DNA from: Octopus sinensis
Lineage: Eukaryota
Direction: 5' to 3'
Length of the DNA stretch: 64,000 nt
NCBI RefSeq assembly: GCF_006345805.1
Contig: NC_043000.1
Location: 4,278,001-4,342,000, forward strand
The translations under genes were made by a program, and so were the position numbers. This document shows positions 50,534 through 64,000 of this stretch, piece after piece. Each line of letters begins with the position of its first letter. Within the stretch, counting starts at the first letter, position 1. The notes beneath the pieces are model-generated. The model saw nothing but the letters and a program-made list of their open reading frames with translations, made no database searches and had not been told where the DNA came from.

Positions 50534-51099
50534 TTGGGTTGTCCGGAAAGATTGTGCCGATTTATAGAAGCTTACATTTTGACTTATTTTAGAACATAGT
50601 TGAGTCCATAAAATAGGATTTGACTACACCTCCACTTAGAGCACAGTTTAAGCTATCTTTTCGTGGAAGAAGGTTTATGTTCCTATAACCTGTGTTAATT
50701 CTGTAACCCTTTAAAATGGAAGATAAGAAAGTTCATTTTTGGCATTTGATGCTTTGGGAACCAGACAAAAATTGCTGCAGCTCGGCTGGGATGTGTTACC
50801 CTACCCTTCGTATTCACCAGATATTGCTCCTTTGGATTTCCACTTATTCAAGTCTTTGCAGAATAGTCTTAATGGTAAAAATTTCAATTCCTTGGATGAC
50901 ATAAAAAGATACCTTGATGAATTCTTTGCCATGAAACCACCTCAATTCTGGGAAGAGGGTATTTTCAAGTTAAAGGAAAGATGGAGACGCATTGTGCAAC
51001 AAAATGGTTCATATTTGGTTGATTAAAAATGTAATGGCAAGTATTTATTAACCTTTTTCTTTCCTTTAAAAATCGGCATGAACTTTCCAGACAACCCAA
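50534..51099 (+). mobile_element. Internally deleted mariner (DD34D) with TIRs and TA TSD; solo 3' end at 51482-51563
   Basis: TA|TTGGGTTGTCCGGAAAG ... CTTTCCAGACAACCCAA|TA; LGWDVLPYPSYSPDIAPLDFHLF...GIFKLKERW. Confidence 0.88.
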
Positions 51100-52053
51100 T
51101 AAAATGTTAGAGAAAGAAACCTGTTTCATGCAATACATACCAATGAATATATCTAAAGCAAATTTATTCAGGGGCCCTTAAAATGCTATTGTGGATCCCC
51201 AATTTACTTTTTTGTTGCATGAACCCCCAAATATGGGGCCATATGGAACTTGGTTGAGAACCACTGGTGTAGGTGGTTCCACAGTAACTGTCAAGTAAGA
51301 AGACTGCATCAATCCATGCAGTCTGTTTTGGCCTGATTTCTATGGCTCGATGCCTTTCTTAATGCTGACCAAGTGGTCAGAGTGTACTGGATGCTTTTTA
51401 TGTGGTACCAACAACAGCATTGAGGTCACTAAGAGACTTGCAAGACAAGACCTCCTCAACTGAGCAGGCAAGTAGCATTTTGTTGATTGAAAATGTAATG
51501 GCAAGTATTTATTGACCCCTTTCTTTCCTTCAAAAACCAGCACAAACTTTCCGGACAACCCAATAGAAATAATTTTGAATGTCTTTACTTAAAATTCGAA
51601 GCACATTTAGTTATTAGACACAATTCTATGAGCCACAAAAAAACACTTTCAGAATCAGATATACAAACTAAATATTTCAAATGTTCTAGAAAATTTCATT
51701 TCCAATGAATAATTAAAATATAATACTTTATCTTGATCATTTCTCTTGTTCTTCTTTCCTATGAGATAAGAGTTTCTTGTGAATGTCTTACAAATGAAAG
51801 AACAAAGTATAATTTCTTATACTCAATAATGTAAATCGTATATTATTTTAAATTATAGTTCAGTTGATTGCGTTGTATATAGTTTCACTTGAGGACAAAA
51901 TTGCTGGAATAAATCAAAACTTTCTGAAAGATAATCAGCTTAAAAGCAAAATCCATTAATTTGGGTTCATCTCTTTGCTTCTTTTGTTTTCATCATTATT
52001 ATTGTCGTTGCCAACGTATTCATCATCTTTGCCATTGTCGTTATCATCATCAG

Positions 52054-55000
52054 ATAAATACTAACACCACACCACTACTACTGCTAAAAACCATCACCAA
52101 CACCTGTACTAGTACCATCACCATAACAACTGACAGTACCACAGCCACAACTACCACTACCATCACCATAACCATGGACAGTACCACAGCCACCACCACC
52201 ACCACCACCACTACCATCACCATAACCACTGACAGCACCACAGCCACCACCACCACTACCATCACCATAACCACTGACAGCACCACAGCCACCACCACCA
52301 CTACCATCACCATAACCACTGACAGTACCACAGCCACCACCACCACCACCACCACTACCATCACCATAACCACTGACAGCACCACAGCCACCACCACCAC
52401 TACCATCACCATAACCACTGACAGCACCACAGCCACCACCACCACTACCATCACCATAACCACTGACAGTACCACAGCCACCACCACCACCACCACCACT
52501 ACCATCACCATAACAACTGACAGTACCACAGCCACCACCACCACTACCATCACCATCACCACGGACAGTACCACAGCCACCACCACCACCACCACCACTA
52601 CCATCACCATAACAACTGACAGTACCACAGCCACCACCACCCACCACCACTACCACACCATAACCACTGACAGTACCACAGCCACCACCACCACCACCAC
52701 CACTACCATCACCATAACCACGGACAGTACCACAGCCACCACCACCACCACCACCACTACCATCACCATAACAACTGACAGTACCACAGCCACCACCACC
52801 ACTACCATCACCATAACCACTGACAGCACCACAGCCACCACCACCACCACCACCACCACCACTACCATCACCATAACCACTGACAGCACCACAGCCACCA
52901 CCACCACCACCACCACTACCATCACCATAACCACGGACAGTACCACAGCCACCACCACCACCACCACCACTACCATCACTACCATCACCATAACCACTGA
53001 CAGCACCACAGCCACCACCACCACCACCACCACTACCATCACCATAACCACGGACAGTACCACAGCCACCACCACCACCACCACCACCACCACTACCATC
53101 ACCATAACCACTGACAGTACCACAGCCACCACCACCACCACCACCACTACCATCACCATAACAACTGACAGTACCACAGCCACCACCACCACTACCATCA
53201 CCATAACCACTGACAGTACCACAACCACCACCACCACCACCACCACTACCATCACCATCACCACGGACAGTACCACAGCCACCACCACCACCCACCACTA
53301 CCATCACCATAACAACTGACAGTACCACAGCCACCACCACCACTACCATCACCATCACCACGGACAGTACCACAGCCACCACCACCACCACCAGCACTAC
53401 CATCACCATAACACTGACAGTACCACAGCCACCACCACCACCACTACCATCACCATAACCACTGACATACCACAGCCACCACCACCACCACCACCACTAC
53501 CATCACCATAACCACGGACAGTACCACAGCCACCACACCACCACCACCACACTACCATCACCATAACAACTGACACAGTACCACAGCCACCACCACCACT
53601 ACCATCACCATAACCACTGACAGCACCACAGCCACCACCACCACCACCACCACCACCACTACCATCACCATAACCACTGACAGCACCACAGCCACCACCA
53701 CCACTACCATCACCATAACCACTGACAGCACCACAGCCACCACCACCACTACCATCACCATAACCACTGACAGTACCACAGCCACCACACCACCACCACC
53801 ACTACCATCACCATAACCACTGACAGCACACAGCCACCCACCACCACCACTACCATCACCATAACCACTGACAGTACCACAGCTACCACCACCACACCAC
53901 CACTACCATCACCATAACAACTGACAGTACCACAGCCACCACCACCACTACCATCACCATCACCACGGACAGTACCACAGCCACCACCACCACCACCACC
54001 ACTACCATCACCATAACAACTGACAGTACCACAGCCACCACCACCACTACCATCACCATAACCACTGACAGTACCACAGCCACCACCACCACCACCACCA
54101 CCACTACCATCACCATAACCACGGACAGTACCACAGCCACCACCACCACCACCACCACTACCATCACCATAACAACTGACAGTACCACAGCCACCACCAC
54201 CACTACCATCACCATAACCACTGACAGCACCACAGCCACCCACCACCACCACCACCACCACCACTACCATCACCATAACCACTGACAGCACCACAGCCAC
54301 CACCACCACCACCACCACTACCATCACCATAACCACGGACAGTACCACAGCCACCACCACCACCACCACCACTACCATCACTACCATCACCATAACCACT
54401 GACAGCACCACAGCCACCACCACCACCACCACCACTACCATCACCATAACCACGGACAGTACCACAGCCACCACCACCACCACCACCACCACCACTACCA
54501 TCACCATAACCACTGACAGTACCACAGCCACCACCACCACCACCACCACTACCATCACCATAACAACTGACAGCACCACAGCCACCACCACCACTACCAT
54601 CACCATAACCACTGACAGTACCACAGCCACCACCACCACCACCACCACTACCATCACCATCACCACGGACAGTACCACAGCCACCACCACCACCACCACC
54701 ACTACCATCACCATAACAACTGACAGTACCACAGCCACCACCACCACTACCATCACCATCACCACGGACAGTACCACAGCCACCACCACCACCACCACCA
54801 CTACCATCACCATAACAACTGACAGTACCACAGCCACCACCACCACCACTACCATCACCATAACCACTGACAGTACCACAGCCACCACCACCACCACCAC
54901 CACTACCATCACCATAACCACGGACAGTACCACAGCCACCACCACCACCACCACCACTACCATCACCATAACAACTGACAGTACCACAGCCACCACCACC

Positions 55001-58000
55001 ACTACCATCACCATAACCACTGACAGCACCACAGCCACCACCACACACCACCACCACCACCACCACTACCATCACCATAACCACTGACAGCACCACAGCC
55101 ACCACCACCACTACCATCACCATAACCACTGACAGCACCACAGCCACCACCACCACTACCATCACCATAACAACTGACAGTACCACAGCCACCACCACCA
55201 CTACCATCACCATAACAACTGACAGTACCACAGCCACCACCACCACTACCATCACCATAACCATGGACAGTACCACAGCACCACCACCACCAACCACTAC
55301 CATCACCATAACAACTGACAGTACCACAGCCACCACCACCACTACCATCACCATAACCATGGACAGTACACAGCCACCACCACCACCACCCACTACCATC
55401 ACCATAACCACTGACAGCACCACAGCCACCCCACCACCACCACCACCACACCACACCATAACCATAACAACTGACAGTACCACAGCAACACCACCACTAC
55501 CATCACCTAACCACTGACAGTACCACAGCCACCACCACCACCACCACCACTACCATACACATAACCACTGACAGCACCACAGCCACACCACCACTACCAT
55601 CACCATAACCACTGACAGCACCACAGCCCCACCCCACCACCACTACCATCACCATAACAAATGCACGTACCACAGCCACCACACCACTACCAACACCACT
55701 ACAATCACCGTAACCACGGACAGTACCACAGCCACCACCACCACTACCACCACCACTACCATCACCATAACCATGGACAGTACCACAGCCACCACCACCA
55801 CCACCACCACTACCACTACCATCACCGTAACCACGAGACAGTCCCACAGCCACCACCACCACTACCACCACCACTACCCACCATAACCACTGACAGCACC
55901 ACAGCCACCACCACCATACCATCAACATAACCACTGACAGCAACACAGCCACCACCACCACCACCACCACTACCATCACCATAACAACTGACAGCACACA
56001 GCCCACCAACCACCACTACCATCACCGTAACCACTGACAGTAACACAGCCACCACCACCACCACACTACCATCATACCATAACCACTGACAGCACCACAG
56101 CCACCACCACCACTACCATCACCATAACCACCTGACAGCACCACAGCCACCACCACCAATACCATCACCATAACCACCTGACAGCACCACAGCCACCACC
56201 ACCACCCCACCACTACCATCACCATAACAATGACAGCACCACAGCCACCACCACCATACCATCACCATAACCATGACAGTACCACCAGCCACCACACCAC
56301 CAACAACACTACCATCACCATAACCACTGACAGCACCACAGCCACCACCACCATACCATCACCATAACACATGACAGCACACAGCCACCACCACCCTACC
56401 ATCACATAACAACTGACAGTACCACAGCACCACCACCACTACAATCACCATAACCACTGACAGCACCACAGCCACCACCACCACTAACATCACCATAACA
56501 ACGACAGTACCACAGCCACCACCACCACTACCATCACCATAACCACTGACAGTACCACAGCCACCACCACCACTACCATCACCATAACAACTGACAGTAC
56601 CAACAGCCACCACCACCACTACCTCACCATAACCACTGACAGCCCCACAGCCACCACACATACATCCCATAACAACTGACAGTACCACAGCCCACCACCA
56701 CCACTACCATCACCATAACCACTGACAGTACCAAGCCACCACCACCACTACCATCACCATAACACTGACAGCACCACAGCCACCACCACCACTACCATCA
56801 CCATAACCACGGACACCACCACAGCCACCACCACCACTACCATCACCATAACCACTGACAGCACCACAGCCACCACCACCACCACCACCATCCCATCACA
56901 AAACAACTGACAGCCACCACAGCCACCACACCACTACCATCACGTAACCCACTGACAGTACCACAGCCACCACCACCACCACCACCACTACCATCACCAT
57001 AACCACTGACAGCACCACAGCCACCACCACCATACCATCACCATAACCACTGACAGCACCACAGCCACCACCACCACTACCACTCACCATAAAAACTGAC
57101 AGTACCACAGCCACCACCACCACTACCACCACCACTACCATCACCATAACCACGGACAGTACCACAGCCACCACCACCACCACCACCACTACCACTACCA
57201 TCACCGTAACCACGGACAGTACCACAGCCACCACCACCACTACCACCACCACTACCATCACCATAACCATGGACAGTACCACAGCCACCACCACCACCAC
57301 CACCACTACCACTACCATCACCGTAACCACGGACAGTACCACAGCCACCACCACCACCACCACTACCATCACCATAACCACTGACAGCACCACAGCCACC
57401 ACCACCACTACCATCACCATAACAACTGACAGTACCACAGCCACCACCACCACTACCATCACCATAACCACTGACAGTACCACAGCCACCACCACCACTA
57501 CCATCACCATAACAACTGACAGTACCACAGCCACCACCACCACTACCATCACCATAACCACTGACAGCACCACAGCCACCACCACCACTACCATCACCAT
57601 AACAACTGACAGTACCACAGCCACCACCACCACTACCATCACCATAACCACTGACAGTACCACAGCCACCACCACCACTACACATACCAACACCAAACCC
57701 ACCACAACAGCACCCACAGCCCCCACACACTACCATCACCATAACCACTGACATCCACAGCCCCACCACCACCACTACCATCACCATAACCACTGACAGC
57801 ACCACAGCCACCCCACCACCACCACCACTACCATCACCATAACAACTGACAGCACCACAGCCACCACCACCACTACCATCACCGTAACCACTGACAGTAC
57901 CACAGCCACCACCACCACCACCACCCTACCATCACCATAACCACTGACAGCCCCACAGCCACCACCCCAACTACCATCACCATAACCACTGACAGCACCA

Positions 58001-61000
58001 CAGCCACCACCACCACTACCATCACCATAAAAACTGACAGTACCACAGCCACCACCACCACTACCACCACACTACCATCACCATAACCACGGACAGTACC
58101 CACCCACCACCCACCCAACCACCACCACAACCTACCACTACCACTACCATCACCTTAACCACGGACAGTACCATCCACCACCACCACCACTATACCACCA
58201 CCACTACCACACCATAACCATGGACAGTACCACAGCCACCACCACACCCAACCACCACTACCACTACCATCAACATCACGTAACCACGGACAGTACCACT
58301 CCACCACCACCACCACCACTACACCATCACCATAACCACTGACAGCACCACAAGCCACCACCACCACTACCAATCACCATAACAACTGTACAGTACCACA
58401 CCACCACCACCACTACCATCACCATAACCACGGACAGTAACACACAGCCACCACCACCACCACCCTACCATCACCATAACCACTGACCAGCCCCCCCAGC
58501 CCCCACCACATCACCACCACCACCACTACCACACCATAACCATTACAGCACCACAGCCACCACCACCACCACCACCACCACCACTACCATCAACCATAAC
58601 CACGGACAGTAACACAGCCACCACCACCCCACCACTACCTCACCACCATACCACTGACTTACATCATCACAGCCACCACCACCCACCACTACCATCACCA
58701 TAACCACGGACATTAACACAGCCACCACCACCAACCACCACCACCACCACCACCACCACCACTACCATCACCACCGTAACCACGGACAGTACCACAGCCA
58801 CCACCACCACTACCATCACCATAACCACGGACAGTAACACAGCCACCACCACCACTACCATCACCATAACCACGGACAGTAACACAGCCACCACCACCAA
58901 CCACCACCACCACCACCTACATCACCATAACCACGGACAGTACCACAGCCACCACCACCACTACCATCACCGTAACCACGGACAGTACCACAGCCACCAC
59001 CACCACTACCATCACCATAACCACGGACAGCACCACAGCCACCACCACCACTACCATCACCATAACCACGGACAGTAACACAGCCACCCCACCACCACTA
59101 CCATCACCATAACCACGGACAGTAACACAGCCACCACCACCACCACCACCACCACCACCACTACATCACCATAACCACGGACAGTACCACAGCCACCACC
59201 ACCACTACCATCACCGTAACCACGGACAGTACCACAGCCACCACCACCACTACCATCACCATAACCACGTACAGTAACACAGCCACCACCACCACTACCA
59301 TCACCGTAACCATGGACAGCACCACAGCCACCACCACCACTACCACCACCACCACTACCATCACCATAACCATGGACAGTAACACAGCCACCACCACCAC
59401 TACCATCACCACCACTACCATCACCATAACCACGGACAGTACCACAGCCACCACCACCACTACCATCACCATAACCACGGACAGTAACACAGCCACCACC
59501 ACCACCACTACCATCACCATAACCAGGGACAGTAACACAGCCACCACCACCACCACCACCACCACCACCACTACCATCACCATAACCACGGACAGTACCA
59601 CAGCCACCACCACCACTACCATCACCGTAACCACGGACAGTACCACAGCCACCACCACCACTACCATCACTGTAACCATGGACAGCACCACTGCCACCAC
59701 CACCACTACCATCACCATAACCAGGGACAGTAACACAGCCACCACCACCACCACCACCACCACCACTACCATCACCTAACCACGTACAGTAACCACAGCC
59801 ACCACCACCACTACCATCACCGTAACCATGGACAGCACCACTGCCACCACCACCACTACCATCACTGTAACCATGGAACAGCACCACAGTCACCACCACC
59901 ACTACCATCACCATAACAACGGAGAGTACCACAGCCCACCACCACTACCATCACCGTAACCACGGACAGTACCACAGCCACCACCACCACTACCATCACC
60001 ATAACCACGTACAGTAACACAGCCACCACCACCACCACCACCACAACCACTACCATCACCGTAACCATGGACAGCACCACAGCCACCACCACCACAACTA
60101 CCATCACCGTAACCACTGACAGCACCACAGCCACCACCACCACAACCATCACCATAACCACATACAGTAACACAGCCACCACCACCACCACCACAACCAT
60201 CACCATAACCACGGACAGTACCACAGCCACCACCACCACTACCATCACCGTAACCATGGACAGCACCACAGTCACCACCACCACCACTACCATCACCATA
60301 GCCACTGACAGCACCACAGCCACCACCACCACCACTACCATCACCATAACCATGGACAGCACCACAGCCACCACAGCCACCACCACCACTACCATCACCA
60401 CCACTACCATCACCATAACCACGGACAGTACCACAGCCACCACCACCACTACCATCACCATAACCACGGACAGTAACACAGCCACCACCACCACCACTAC
60501 CATCACCATAACCACGGACAGTAACACAGCCACCACCACCACCACCACCACCACCACCACACTACCATCACCATAACCACGGACAGTACCACAGCCACCA
60601 CCACCACTACCATCACCGTAACCACGGACAGTACCACAGCCACCACCACCACTACCATCACCATAACCACGGACAGTAACACAGCCACCACCACCACCAC
60701 TACCATCACCATAACCACGGACAGTAACACAGCCACCACCACCACCACCACCACCACCACCACTACCATCACCATAACCACGGACAGTACCACAGCCACC
60801 ACCACCACTACCATCACCGTAACCACGGACAGTACCACAGCCACCACCACCACTACCATCACCATAACCACGGACAGCACCACAGCCACCACCACCACTA
60901 CCACCACCACCACTACCATCACCATAACCACGGACAGTAACACAGCCACCACCACCACTACAATCACCGTAACCATGGACAGCACCACAGCCACCACCAC

Positions 61001-64000
61001 CACTACCACCACCACCACTACCATCACCATAACCATGGACAGTAACACAGCCACCACCACCACTACCATCACCATAACCACGGACAGTACCACAGCCACC
61101 ACCACCACTACCATCACCATAACCACGGACAGTAACACAGCCACCACCACCACCACTACCATCACCATAACCAGGGACAGTAACACAGCCACCACCACCA
61201 CCACCACCACCACCACTACCATCACCATAACCACGGACAGTACCACAGCCACCACCACCACTACCATCACCGTAACCACGGACAGTACCACAGCCACCAC
61301 CACCACTAACATCACAATAACCATGGACAGCACCACAGTCACCACCACCACTACCATCACCATAGCCACTGACAGCACCACAGCCACCACCACCACCACT
61401 ACCATCACCATAACCACTGACAGTAACACAGCCACCACCACCACTACCATCACCGTAACCATGGACAGCACCACTGCCACCACCACCACTACCATCACTG
61501 TAACCATGGACAGCACCACAGTCACCACCACCACTACCATCACCATAGCCACTGACAGCACCACAGCCACCACCACCACCACTACCATCACCATAACCAC
61601 TGACAGTACCACAGCCACCACCACCACTACCATCACCGTAACCACGGACAGTACCACAGCCACCACCACCACTACCATCACCATAACCACGTACAGTAAC
61701 ACAGCCACCACCACCACCACCACCACAACCACTACCATCACCGTAACCATGGACAGCACCACAGCCACCACCACCACAACTACCATCACCGTAACCACGG
61801 ACATTACCACAGCCACCACCACCACCACAACTACCATCACCGTAACCATGGACAGCACCACAGCCACCACCACAACTACCATCACCGTAACCATGGACAG
61901 TACCACAGCCACCACCACCACTACCATCACCGTAACCATGGACAGCACCACAGCCACCACCACCACTACCATCACCGTAACCATGGACAGCACCACAGCC
62001 ACCACCACCACTACCATCACCGTAACCATGGACAGCACCACAGCCACCACCACCACTACCATCACCGTAACCATGGACAGCACCACAGCCACCACCACCA
62101 CTACCATCACCGTAACCATGGACAGCACCACAGCCACCACCACCACTACCATCACCGTAACCATGACAGCACCACAGCCACCACCACCACTACCATCACC
62201 GTAACCATGGACAGCACCACAGCCACCACCACCACTACCATCATCGTAACCACGGACAGTACCACAGCCACCACCACCACTACCATCACCATAACCACGT
62301 ACAGTAACACAGCCACCACCACCACCACCACCACCACCACTACCATCACCGTAACCATGGACAGCACCACAGCCACCACCACCACAACTACCATCACCGT
62401 AACCACGGACATTACCACAGCCACCACCACCACAACTACCATCACCGTAACCATGGACAGCACCACAGCCACCACCACAACTACCATCACCGTAACCATG
62501 GACAGTACCACAGCCACCACCACCACTACCATCACCGTAACCATGGACAGCACCACAGCCACCACCACCACTACCATCACCGTAACCATGGACAGCACCA
62601 CAGCCACCACCACCACTACCATCACCGTAACCATGGACAGTACCACAGCCACCACCACCATTATCATCACCATAGCCACTGACAGTACCACAGCCACCAC
62701 CACCACTACCATCACCGTAACCATGGACAGCACCACAGCCACCACCACCACAACTACCATCACCATAACCACGGACAGTACCACAGCCACCACCACCACA
62801 ACTACCATCACCGTAACCATGGACAGTACCACAGCCACCACCACCACTACCATCACCGTAACCATGGACAGTACCACAGCCACCACCACCATTATCATCA
62901 CCATAGCCACTGACAGTACCACAGCCACCACCACCACTACCATCACCGTAACCATGGACAGCACCACAGCCACCACCACCACAACTACCATCACCATAAC
63001 CACGGACAGTACCACAGCCACCAACACCAAATACCATCACCGTAACCATGGACAGTACCACAGCCACCACCACCACTACCATCACCGTAACATGGACAGC
63101 ACAACAGCCACCACCACCACTACCATCACCGTAACCATGGACAGCACCACAGCCACCACCACCACTACCATCACCGTAACCATGGACAGTACCACAGCCA
63201 CCACCACCATTATCATCACCATAGCCACTGACAGTACCACAGCCACCACCACCACTACATCACCGTAACCATGGACAGCACCACAGCCACACCACCACAA
63301 CTACCATCACCATAACCACGGACAGTACCACAGCCACCACCACCACAACTACCATCACCGTAACCATGGACAGTACCACAGCCACCACCACCACTACCAT
63401 CACCGTAACCATGGACAGTACCACAGCCACCACCACCATTATCATCACCATAGCCACTGACAGTACCACAGCCACCACCACCACTACCATCACCGTAACC
63501 ATGGACAGCACCACAGCCACCACCACCACAACTACCATCACCATAACCACGGACAGTACCACAGCCACCACCACCACAACTACCATCACCGTAACCATGG
63601 ACAGTACCACAGCCACCACCACCACTACCATCACCGTAACCTTGGACAGTACCACAGCCAACCACCACCATTATCATCACCAAGCCACTGACAGTTACCA
63701 CAGCCACCACCACACTTACCATCACTGTAACCATGGACAGCACCACAGCCACCACCACCAACAATACCATCACCTAACCACGGACATTACCACAGCCACC
63801 ACCAACCCCAACTACCATCACCGTAACCATGGACAGACCACAGCCACCACCACCACACATCACCGTAACCATGGACAGTACCACAGCCACCACCACCACT
63901 ACCATCACCGTAACCATGGACAGTACCACAGCCACACAACCACAACTACCATCACCATAACCACGGACATTACCACAGCCACCACCACCACAAATACCAT
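52054..64000 (+). CDS. Possible giant exon encoding a Thr-rich mucin-like repeat (TITITTDSTTATTTT)n; unproven
   Basis: Stop-free frame in clean segments, the commonest proximal variants are synonymous, and a possible AG acceptor lies at 52052-53. Frameshifts cluster in noisy segments. Confidence 0.3.
52111..64000. repeat. >=11.9 kb tandem array of a ~45-bp unit ACCATCACCATAACCACTGACAGTACCACAGCC(ACC)nACT; continues past the window end
   Basis: Direct inspection; unit length varies through the (ACC)n tract. Confidence 0.98.

Noticed and set aside
52111-64000. CRISPR-like repeat-spacer interpretation of the array
   Set aside because: There are no unique spacers (the variable part is only (ACC)n length), the context is eukaryotic and no cas genes are present.

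Overview
AT-rich, microsatellite-dense animal DNA. Its SINE families look like those of a coleoid cephalopod (Octopus), an assignment made from recall rather than a search. No host protein-coding gene is recognisable, and most listed ORFs are artefacts of simple repeats. Bases 1-52 kb are a mosaic of transposon remnants: tRNA-derived SINEs, CR1-group, RTE and R4/Dong-type LINEs, Penelope-like elements (PLEs), Tc1/mariner and piggyBac MITEs, and two Helitrons. Two things stand out. First, minimal type I hammerhead-ribozyme (HHR) motifs with palindromic stem III occur in about six unrelated sequence families. They sit in fold-back palindromes with a ribozyme on each strand, in the inverted pLTRs of a GIY-YIG-encoding PLE, and at the 3' end of a tRNA-headed SINE. 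Second, a >=11.9 kb tandem array of a ~45-bp unit runs from 52.1 kb past the window end. It is stop-free as a Thr-rich mucin-like repeat on + and a Gly/Cys/Tyr-rich repeat on -, with higher-order structure. Ribozyme activity and coding status of the array are inferences that need testing.
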